This document shows positions 26,686-33,065 of a DNA stretch of 43,155 nucleotides, piece after piece. The notes below the pieces were generated by a model that searched no databases, was not told the DNA's origin, and worked only from the letters and a program-made list of their open reading frames with translations. The stretch spans positions 1 through 43,155 of IMG/VR virus record IMGVR_UViG_3300045988_176298. One strand, written 5' to 3'. The translations under genes were made by a program, and so were the position numbers. Source of the DNA: a virus. Position 1 is the first letter of the stretch. Each line of letters opens with the position of its first letter.

Positions 26686-27411
26686 ATGTATGGAAAAAAT
26701 CAATATGGCCTGATACAGTACGCCAGGGACTCCACTTCAGACAGCGGGCAGACGGATTATTATGTTGACCTTAAGCGGTATGTGCCACCTTTCGTATATG
26801 AAAAGAAGGAAATGGACGCCTTGTATACGGCTCAAGGATACGAAGTGGGGCTGGCCCGGCATAACCTGGAGGACTTGGTGGACCAGTGTTTTGTCAGTAC
26901 CGCAACTTGGGGTCTCATCCGCTGGGAAGAGGTGTTTGGAATTGCCACAAATATGTCCCTATCCTATGAGCAGCGACGGGAGATTATCATAGCCAAAATT
27001 AGAGGACAGGGAACCACCACAGCTGAGATGATTAGGAGCGTCGCAGAGGCCTTTACCGGAGGTGAGGTGGAAGTAATCGAGGATAGTCCTAATTACCATT
27101 TTATCGTCCGATTTGTTGGCGTGTATGGCATTCCGCGCAACATGCAGGCATTTATTTCCATATTGGAGGATATTAAGCCGGCCCATCTGTGGTACACGTT
27201 TGACTATAAATATGTGATTTGGAATGACTTGAAGCAGAAAACCTGGAATGACCTGCGGCCGTACACATGGGATGGCTTACGTATAGATGAGGTAACGCCG
27301 TATGTATCTTGGACTGGTCTGAGCGAGGAGGAATATACCTGGAACCGTTTGGCTGCCTATGGGTGGCTAAAAGTCAAAGAAATAGAGGAGGCAAAGAGAA
27401 TATGCAATTAA
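26686..27411 (+). CDS. DUF2313/YmfQ-like tail protein
   Basis: YVPPFVYEKKEMDALYTAQGYEVGLARHNLEDLVDQCFVSTATWGLIRWEEVFGI resembles the Mu gp48/YmfQ family. Confidence 0.7.
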   Translation: MYGKNQYGLIQYARDSTSDSGQTDYYVDLKRYVPPFVYEKKEMDALYTAQGYEVGLARHNLEDLVDQCFVSTATWGLIRWEEVFGIATNMSLSYEQRREIIIAKIRGQGTTTAEMIRSVAEAFTGGEVEVIEDSPNYHFIVRFVGVYGIPRNMQAFISILEDIKPAHLWYTFDYKYVIWNDLKQKTWNDLRPYTWDGLRIDEVTPYVSWTGLSEEEYTWNRLAAYGWLKVKEIEEAKRICN

Positions 27412-28226
27412 CACCTAATTTCCGGCTGCGGAAGCCGGATGGAACGGATCCTGTTGATGTTAAAGACCTTAATGACAATATGGATGTGCTGGACACTGAA
27501 GTAGCTAAAAAAATGGATAAGACCGGGGACGCCAGCAATGCCGTGGCAAAATTTAGCCAGGCCGGGTCCAGAACAAATTTAACGTCCGGAGAAAAACTTT
27601 CCTTATCCTTGGGGAAAGCTATGAAATGGTTTGCGGACCTGAAAACGGTCGCATTTTCCGGAAGCTATTCAGATTTGTCTGGAAAGCCCAGCATCCCTTC
27701 CGGGACTGCGGCGTCCTGTGGGGTAGCCAACAATGATACAACAACAGCTTCCGGATTTGTGGCAGACGCGAGGATTGTCAAGACGCACGGAGATGAAATA
27801 GATACGCTAAATCAGAATTTAACCGCCTTAAATGACAGCGGAGCTATCAAAGGCATGGATGCCAGGGAGGACGGAGTATACATTACATATTCCACTGGTG
27901 CTGATACAGTGACAAAAAAATTGGGTAGCCCCGAATATACATTAGGACATGCGGCCGACAGCAATAAGTCTCCGATAGATATCACAATTCCAGCTTGCGA
28001 AAATGCATTACTTGTAGTGGCTGCCAATAGTGGGGCTACGGTTGATATTAATGGAAACGTTTCAGCAGGTTCTGGAGAAATTAAGAGCCTTGGACTACAT
28101 AATTTCAAAGGTAACACGACCATTAACATGGGGCTTTTCCAGGTTACTTCAAAGGCTGGATGCACGGTGACTTTTAGCATCCCCGCATACACCAACACCA
28201 TGACGGTAATGTTTCTCTCCGCATAA
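27402..28226 (+). CDS. Distal tail fibre / receptor-binding protein (currently expressed C-terminal variant)
   Basis: MQLTPNFRLRKPDGTDPVDVKDLNDNMDVLD is a typical fibre N-terminus. ATG behind GAGGAGG. The track ORF start at 27309 lies inside the upstream gene. Confidence 0.8.
   Translation: MQLTPNFRLRKPDGTDPVDVKDLNDNMDVLDTEVAKKMDKTGDASNAVAKFSQAGSRTNLTSGEKLSLSLGKAMKWFADLKTVAFSGSYSDLSGKPSIPSGTAASCGVANNDTTTASGFVADARIVKTHGDEIDTLNQNLTALNDSGAIKGMDAREDGVYITYSTGADTVTKKLGSPEYTLGHAADSNKSPIDITIPACENALLVVAANSGATVDINGNVSAGSGEIKSLGLHNFKGNTTINMGLFQVTSKAGCTVTFSIPAYTNTMTVMFLSA
27808..27822. repeat. Inverted-repeat arm A, TAAATCAGAATTTAA (inside the fibre CDS, codons L-N-Q-N-L)
   Basis: Perfect reverse complement of 28661..28675. 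Confidence 0.95.
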
Positions 28227-28241
28227 AGCCCGCATTATAAG

Positions 28242-28715
28242 CTATTCAAAAGCCGCATAAACTAAATTCATTGCAACTCCAGAGCTTCGCGGCACAATGA
28301 AACCATTATCAGATATATACCCAATTGGAATATTAGTCGCCGTATTATCTGTTTCATTGGACAAAGGAAGATCGACTTCTTCAAAGACCGTATTGTAAGT
28401 TGCAAACAAAATTTTATCAACGCTGTATGATTCGTCGTATGCCGCTGTTCTGCGTGATTTATCGACACTATTAATACCATACACGAAGATTACTTTAGGT
28501 CTAAAACCCAAGTCGATTTTTGTGTAGTTGCTTACAGAAGTATTTAATTCACCACTACGAAAATGTGTCAATGGTGATTTAAAAGGGATTACTGTATCGG
28601 CACCTCCTGGGGGAATGAATCCAGGCTTACCATCGGGGGTATTGCCAAATCTATAACCGTTTAAATTCTGATTTACTGCAATAACTATTTTGTTAACAGG
28701 TCCTCTTTTGAGGGC
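28242..28715 (-). other. Promoterless, start-less alternative tail-fibre C-terminal cassette (silent orientation)
   Basis: The minus-strand frame is open from 28715 to the stop at 28242, and there is no ATG or GTG upstream of a TTG at 28571. It reads ...VNQNLNGYRFGNTPDGKPGFIPPGGADTVIPFKSP..., parallel to the fibre's LNQNL...GADTVTKKLGSP. Confidence 0.7.
28661..28675. repeat. Inverted-repeat arm B, TTAAATTCTGATTTA
   Basis: Perfect reverse complement of 27808..27822, in the same codon register on the minus strand. Confidence 0.95.
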
Positions 28716-28766
28716 TTATTTTTATATGTTTTTACCCGGCAAAAGACCGGGAGAAAGAGAGGAATT

Positions 28767-29186
28767 ATGAGCAACACAATTTTAGTACTGGCAGATGCCA
28801 CAGAAATCACTATGGAGGATAACTCCAATATGCACAACGTCATTGTCAAGTCTTCCACCAAGGCAGTTATGGCAGAAGCTTGGGAAAAATTTACCGATGC
28901 AAACCTGAAAGCAGTACAGCTCAAGATTGATGGCGTCGTATCGGGAAATTATGAGGACCTGGTACTGGTAGATGAAAAGTCCGTTGTGCAGGCGGACGGA
29001 TCCGTTCTTACGGAATTTCACCTCCGCGAAAAAACGGACATTGAGAAGCTGCAGGAACTGGTGGCGGCTCAGAGCGCAGAAATTGCAGCGCTGAAAGAAG
29101 GCCAGGGAGTACAGGACGGCGCCATTGATGACCTTGGAGTGGTAACTTCCAGTCTCGCTGAAAAAGTAGAAGGAGGACAGGCGTAA
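28767..29186 (+). CDS. Hypothetical protein in the XkdW position (139 aa)
   Basis: ORF behind GAGAAAGAGAGGA, between the fibre genes and the lysis cassette. Confidence 0.6.
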   Translation: MSNTILVLADATEITMEDNSNMHNVIVKSSTKAVMAEAWEKFTDANLKAVQLKIDGVVSGNYEDLVLVDEKSVVQADGSVLTEFHLREKTDIEKLQELVAAQSAEIAALKEGQGVQDGAIDDLGVVTSSLAEKVEGGQA

Positions 29187-29293
29187 TGGGAAGATTTTAT
29201 GGAGTTAAGATTTTAGCAGGAGAAAAAACGCTGGAAGAAGTTCCTAAACTTTGGAAGGCAGCCACGGAAAAGTGGCTGAGAGAGAATCAGTAA
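29186..29293 (+). CDS. Small conserved phage protein (35 aa, XkdX/CD1375-like position); not in the ORF track
   Basis: Manual translation: MGRFYGVKILAGEKTLEEVPKLWKAATEKWLRENQ. Its ATG shares one base with the upstream TAA. Confidence 0.55.
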   Translation: MGRFYGVKILAGEKTLEEVPKLWKAATEKWLRENQ

Positions 29294-29307
29294 TAGGAGG
29301 CACCGAT

Positions 29308-29628
29308 GTGACGGACGAAGAAATCGCTATCAAGCTTACAGTCCTTGAACAGGAAACAAAATCCGCGAAGCATCGTCTGGATGACCTGGAAGTGCAAAAT
29401 CAGGCCATCCAGAATCTGGCCCTGTCCGTCAAGGAGCTTACCATCAACATGACAAGGATGATGGAGGAGCAAGAAAAGCAGGGCCAGGACATTGATACCT
29501 TAAAAGCAGAGCCGGCAAAGCATTGGAAAGATTCCACGAAGGCTTTATTTAATGCCGCATTGGGAGCAATAGGAACGGCGCTGGGTGGGGGCATTATTTA
29601 TTTGATTTGGATATCGATTCCAAAATGA
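29308..29628 (+). CDS. XhlA-like protein (coiled coil plus C-terminal TM helix)
   Basis: GTG start 7 nt after TAGGAGG. Coiled-coil N-terminus and C-terminal ALGAIGTALGGGIIYLIWISI. Position upstream of the holin matches PBSX xhlA. Confidence 0.7.
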   Translation: MTDEEIAIKLTVLEQETKSAKHRLDDLEVQNQAIQNLALSVKELTINMTRMMEEQEKQGQDIDTLKAEPAKHWKDSTKALFNAALGAIGTALGGGIIYLIWISIPK

Positions 29629-29644
29629 AAAGGAGAAGAGAGAT

Positions 29645-29860
29645 ATGAAGAACAGGAACTGGAAAGAATGGATTAAGAGAGCAGGAGTAAGGGCAATTAA
29701 GACCGCAGCGCAGACCTTCGTGGCGTCTGTGGGGACAGCGGCTGTACTGGGGGCAGTAAATTGGCAGATGGTAGTGAGCGCCTCGGTGCTTTCAGGTATC
29801 TTATCCCTGGCTACGTCGGTAGCGGGCCTGCCTGAGCTGCCGGAACCGGAGGGGGAGTAA
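29645..29860 (+). CDS. Holin
   Basis: 71 aa with two hydrophobic segments (RAIKTAAQTFVASVGTAAVLGAV...SASVLSGILSLATSVAG), directly upstream of the endolysin. Confidence 0.8.
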   Translation: MKNRNWKEWIKRAGVRAIKTAAQTFVASVGTAAVLGAVNWQMVVSASVLSGILSLATSVAGLPELPEPEGE

Positions 29861-29900
29861 TCCCCTTCCTTTCTATTATTAGCAGACAAAGGAGATTATT

Positions 29901-30725
29901 ATGTGGAAAGGAATAGATGTAAGTAGCAATCAGGGTACAATTAATTGGGGGGCGGTCAAGGCCGCAGGCTGCGATTTCGCAATCCTCAGGAGTACCATAA
30001 AATCTGGAAAGCCAGACAAGCAGTTTGCTGTTAACGTAGCCGGCTGCCGGGCACAGGGAATACCTATGGAAGTCTACAAATACACCTACGCCCTGACCCC
30101 GACACAGGCAGTAGATGAGGCTCAACAGGTAGTGTCCCTGTTGCGCTCTCACGGCCTCACCTGCCGTGTTTGGTGGGACGTAGAGGACAATTCTCTTCGC
30201 ACTCTTAATCGTGGCGTGCTGACAGGCCTGATACAGTCTGCGGCGGATGTTATTATCGGCGCTGGTTACGATTTTGGAATTTACACGGGAAAGTCGTTTT
30301 ATGAGGAAAGGGTATTTGACACCACGGCTTTTGATTGTCCGTTTTGGATGGCACGATACCCGATGCGCAGGGAATATGCCCTGACAGACGACCCGCCAGC
30401 GGATAAGTACAAGCCGACAGTCACGCAGCCGCTGGTAGATTGGCAATATACCAGCAATGGCCGGGTGGATGGCATCGCAGGGCCGGTAGACCTTAATATC
30501 TGTTATGCCCCTTTCTGGGAGACACAGGCCCCGGAATACTACCTGCAGGATGTCTGGCACGGGACAAGCATTGCGCGCGCTCTGGAGAGCATCGGAGAGG
30601 ATGGATCCTACCAGCATCGGGCGCAGATAGCGGCGGCGAATGGTATTACTGATTATGCTGGCACGGCAGTTCAGAATACTCACATGCTTAATCTGTTAAG
30701 GACTGGACAGCTCCAGAAGGCATAG
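29901..30725 (+). CDS. Endolysin, GH25 muramidase with a C-terminal wall-binding-like domain
   Basis: The N-terminus GIDVSSNQGTINWGAVKAAGCDFAILR is the GH25 signature. 274 aa. Confidence 0.9.
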   Translation: MWKGIDVSSNQGTINWGAVKAAGCDFAILRSTIKSGKPDKQFAVNVAGCRAQGIPMEVYKYTYALTPTQAVDEAQQVVSLLRSHGLTCRVWWDVEDNSLRTLNRGVLTGLIQSAADVIIGAGYDFGIYTGKSFYEERVFDTTAFDCPFWMARYPMRREYALTDDPPADKYKPTVTQPLVDWQYTSNGRVDGIAGPVDLNICYAPFWETQAPEYYLQDVWHGTSIARALESIGEDGSYQHRAQIAAANGITDYAGTAVQNTHMLNLLRTGQLQKA

Positions 30726-30734
30726 TCGAAAGAA

Positions 30735-30767
30735 AAAGCTCCAGCGTTATCGGAACACCGGAGCTTT
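30735..30767. terminator. Hairpin between convergent genes (possible bidirectional terminator)
   Basis: Stem AAAGCTCC / GGAGCTTT (30735-30742 with 30760-30767). It overlaps the 3' end of the minus-strand ORF. Confidence 0.45.
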
Positions 30768-30980
30768 GTGTAAAATCCATGATTTGTACAAAATCGTTGC
30801 ATTACGGACATTGTAAAAAATTCCGCCGAGATTCACGTTCTTATAACAGCCTTTACAGTGCTGCATTCCTATCCAGTAGGCATAAGGAAAGAAATAGAAA
30901 CCCATCAGGAACATGATGCACAACGGGACAACAGAAATTAATGCAATTGCGATGCAAATAAAATAGATAATGTAAGTCAT
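30747..30980 (-). CDS. Small membrane protein (77 aa)
   Basis: Two hydrophobic helices followed by a HCKGCYKN motif. AAGGAAG SD. AT-rich, opposite strand to the late operon. Confidence 0.6.
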   Translation of the reverse strand: MTYIIYFICIAIALISVVPLCIMFLMGFYFFPYAYWIGMQHCKGCYKNVNLGGIFYNVRNATILYKSWILHKAPVFR

Positions 30981-31101
30981 ATAAAATCACTTCCTTTGAC
31001 ACAAATATAGCATGCAAAACGATAAAGAACAATGGGAATTGACAAACACGCTCTTTTTTTGCTGATGGAGTATATTTATGACAGCTTATGAGCATCGACA
31101 C

Positions 31102-31114
31102 AAATCAGAATTTA
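31102..31114. repeat. Third copy of the fibre crossover core AAATCAGAATTTA (+ orientation)
   Basis: Exact 13-mer shared with 27809..27821. The upstream ATCGACAC mirrors the fibre's ATAGATACGCT (IDT). Confidence 0.9.
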
Positions 31115-31215
31115 TATCTACTTAATGGGCGCGATAAAGTAATTGATTCAGTCGTTGTTGTTCCTTTTCCGGCAATGCTGTCTGTCAAATAATCCCATGT
31201 GGATAGTAAGTTCCC

Positions 31216-31228
31216 TAAATTCTGATTT
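31216..31228. repeat. Fourth copy of the core (reverse orientation, TAAATTCTGATTT)
   Basis: Exact reverse complement of the 13-mer, 101 bp from copy three. Confidence 0.9.
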
Positions 31229-31346
31229 CTAATATTATATGTTCCTATGAAATAGATATTTATACACGATATTGGGACCATAATATCTGTTATTACCTAT
31301 TTATAATGCGCAGAAAAAAGGATGTCGCTTTTTATCAGAAAAAAAT

Positions 31347-31370
31347 ACAATATACATTAAATATACAAAT
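31347..31370. repeat. Two AATATACA-type repeats
   Basis: ACAATATACAT and AAATATACAAAT. They are related to the phased triplet at 31510..31539. Confidence 0.6.
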
Positions 31371-31452
31371 CGTCCAAAGAGGCATAAAAATCGGCATCCT
31401 TTAATAAGATTAAAGTAGTTAAGATGAAATAGCAGAAAGCAACAAATGGCTT

Positions 31453-31502
31453 AAAACGGGCATTTTATATCGAACAAATATTCGATAAAATACCCGTTTT
31501 TT
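31453..31502. terminator. Long imperfect palindrome / bidirectional terminator downstream of int
   Basis: AAAACGGGCATTTTATATCGAA...TTCGATAAAATACCCGTTTTTT. Confidence 0.6.
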
Positions 31503-31509
31503 AAACTAA

Positions 31510-31539
31510 AATATACACACAATATACACACAATATACA
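31510..31539. repeat. Three AATATACA repeats at 11-bp phasing (candidate arm-type integrase sites)
   Basis: AATATACA at 31510, 31521 and 31532, immediately beyond the int stop codon. Confidence 0.7.
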
Positions 31540-31545
31540 AATTAT

Positions 31546-32586
31546 TTATACCTTAATTTTATTGATTTCCAATAGCAATCGCTGGGGCAGAATATGAGTG
31601 TATACGCCGTCTGTTATGTCGGTGACACGATGGCCGAGAATCAGCTTACGGCATAGGTCATCACACTTTGCATCCTTCATAAGAGTGGCGCATGTGTGCC
31701 GTGTATCGTGCATGGTATGTTCCATCCCTTTCGACTCCAGGAAGGGTTTAAGGTGGACATCATTGAAATGCGCATAGGTGAATGGCTTGCCCTCATCCAT
31801 AATAAGGTACTCATTTTCAGGATTATAGAATTGTTTAATGATGGGGTATATTTTATTATGGATTGGCACTATACGGTTTTTGCCCGCATCTGTTTTATTT
31901 CCTCCGCCCATGTAGCGGTCCTTTAAATTTACGTCAGCGGTTTTTATCCGCAGTAATTCCATAACCCTGTACCCGGTGTAGATATAGATCAGGAGCTGCC
32001 GGGATATCTCAGATTCATCCGCCCAAAGAGCTGCGATTTCATCAGGAGTGAATACTTTATGCTTCTGAGCCTTTTCCCTGGCTGACGCCCGGATGATGAA
32101 TTGTGAAATGTCCTTTTCCACATATTCGTGCTTCATGGCATATTTGTACATGTGATGGAGCAGCGTTATGGGCTTTGTAATTGTAGAATCGGACATGCCG
32201 TCCAGCTTGTCTATTTCTGTCTGCAGGTCCTTTATTTTGAGGTACGCAAACTTCTTATCATGCAAGGCAGAAAGCTGGTTAAAAGCGCAGATATATGATT
32301 CATGTGTTTTCTGGCTAACACTTTTATACCTTTCATATTCGGTGATCCATTCGTCGAAAACTGTGCGAAAGATGATGTCTGATATCGGCCGATTGTCGTG
32401 AGTTAATTTCCCCTCATTATATTGTGCGAGAAAAATGTTGGCCGACTTCTTATCTTCGAAATAGCCCAAATAATCATACAAGGGGGTACCATTCTTTTTG
32501 TAGCCCTTGATTTTCCGGACGGCATAGGGCCGGCGCCTTTTTCCGGATAACTTTATGATACCTCCGTATCCTCCTGGTAGTTTCAT
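31546..32586 (-). CDS. int: Tyrosine integrase with an AP2-like arm-binding N-terminus
   Basis: N-terminus GGIIKLSGKRRRPYAVRKIKGY...YLGYFEDKKSANIFL. C-terminus HDTRHTCATLM...LGHRVTDITDGVYTH. Adjacent to the repressor module and the AT-rich att-like region. Confidence 0.92.
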   Translation of the reverse strand: MKLPGGYGGIIKLSGKRRRPYAVRKIKGYKKNGTPLYDYLGYFEDKKSANIFLAQYNEGKLTHDNRPISDIIFRTVFDEWITEYERYKSVSQKTHESYICAFNQLSALHDKKFAYLKIKDLQTEIDKLDGMSDSTITKPITLLHHMYKYAMKHEYVEKDISQFIIRASAREKAQKHKVFTPDEIAALWADESEISRQLLIYIYTGYRVMELLRIKTADVNLKDRYMGGGNKTDAGKNRIVPIHNKIYPIIKQFYNPENEYLIMDEGKPFTYAHFNDVHLKPFLESKGMEHTMHDTRHTCATLMKDAKCDDLCRKLILGHRVTDITDGVYTHILPQRLLLEINKIKV

Positions 32587-32617
32587 AGTGCAACCTCCTT
32601 TTTGAGTATAAAAAATA

Positions 32618-32631
32618 CACCTGTACAGGTG
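32618..32631. promoter_or_regulatory. Perfect 14-bp palindrome CACCTGTACAGGTG upstream of int
   Basis: Self-complementary 14-mer 32 bp upstream of the int start. The half-site CCTGTACAG recurs at 32684..32692. Confidence 0.6.
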
Positions 32632-32741
32632 CCGGAGGTTTGTGGTAAAATATTCTTGTCACGGATTACTTTACCGGCTCCGGCCTGTACAGTATTCAAT
32701 TTTTCCGCTCTGGCGTTGGCGCGCTGGGGCGGATTTCAAAA

Positions 32742-32770
32742 TTGACAAATCAAATCGATTGACATATAAT
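32742..32770 (+). promoter_or_regulatory. Consensus promoter of the putative antitoxin sRNA
   Basis: TTGACA (32742-32747), 17-nt spacer, TATAAT (32765-32770). Confidence 0.7.
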
Positions 32771-32776
32771 ATACTT

Positions 32777-32876
32777 AACAAGACAGCCGGAAAGGTAGGT
32801 GCAAGCTACCCGTCCTGGCGAATATCGGTACTAAAAAATAGCGCCTTACTTTACCAGAGCAGGGGCGCTATTTTTT
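32777..32876 (+). ncRNA. Putative type I antitoxin sRNA (about 100 nt)
   Basis: It runs from the consensus promoter to the bidirectional terminator and has no credible ORF. Its 3' end is antisense to the toxin ORF stop and 3' UTR. Confidence 0.5.
32837..32876. terminator. Bidirectional rho-independent terminator
   Basis: Stem AATAGCGCC / GGCGCTATT, flanked by A6 on the left and T6 on the right. Confidence 0.75.
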
Positions 32877-32948
32877 ATGTGCTAAAACGAGAGTAACAAT
32901 TGCACAAATCATAATTACAAAAGTGAACAAATCGCTATATGTAACCAT
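32868..32948 (-). CDS. Type I toxin peptide, BsrG/Hol-Tox-like (26 aa); not in the ORF track
   Basis: Manual translation: MVTYSDLFTFVIMICAIVTLVLAHKK. Strong SD GGAAGGAGTGG, one TM helix, and a Lys-Lys C-terminus. Confidence 0.6.
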   Translation of the reverse strand: MVTYSDLFTFVIMICAIVTLVLAHKK

Positions 32949-33065
32949 ATACACCACTCCTTCCTGCAAGACTCAGGACGGGTGGCCAGCGCTCCTCCGG
33001 CTGCCCGGGTAAGTATATTATATTGTCAAGGTGCATAAAAAGCTCTGAGGTTGGGGCGGTTTTGT

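Noticed and set aside
27309-27401. Upstream extension of the distal fibre ORF (track start 27309). The same issue applies at 22065, 29251, 38044, 40049, 36509, 4841 and 2889.
   Set aside because: These extensions overlap the preceding gene or lack an SD. In each case an internal ATG or GTG with an AGGAGG-type SD, and a typical family N-terminus, gives a better start.
24700-28226. Diversity-generating retroelement targeting the fibre genes
   Set aside because: No reverse transcriptase is encoded anywhere in the window. The internal fibre repeats differ at all base types rather than only at adenines, so there is no TR/VR signature.
28242-28571. Treating the 109-aa minus-strand track ORF as an independent gene
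   Set aside because: Its start is a TTG without an SD. The frame continues open 48 codons further upstream, through the inverted repeat, and parallels the fibre sequence (NQNL...GADTV). A silent fibre cassette explains it better.
27808-28675. Serine invertase (Gin/Cin/Hin-like) next to the invertible segment
   Set aside because: I looked for one in all frames around the segment and across the genome. No resolvase/invertase-like N-terminal Ser motif protein is present. Only the two tyrosine recombinases are candidates.
29811-30683. 290-aa minus-strand ORF
   Set aside because: It lies entirely antisense to the GH25 endolysin, whose + strand translation carries a clear family signature. This is a typical shadow ORF with no SD or recognisable motif.
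31088-31192. Short ORFs reading out of the third and fourth core copies (MSIDTNQNLYLLNGRDKVIDSVVVVPFPAMLSVK on the + strand; a 59-aa frame on the - strand)
   Set aside because: They have no SD and read the same 101 bp on opposite strands. Beyond NQNL they show no similarity to the fibre cassettes. They are more likely non-coding relics or binding sites.
32642-32896. 84-aa + strand ORF in the int-proximal intergenic region
   Set aside because: It has no SD. It spans a consensus promoter, the putative sRNA and a bidirectional terminator. The non-coding sRNA plus the opposite-strand 26-aa toxin explain the region better.
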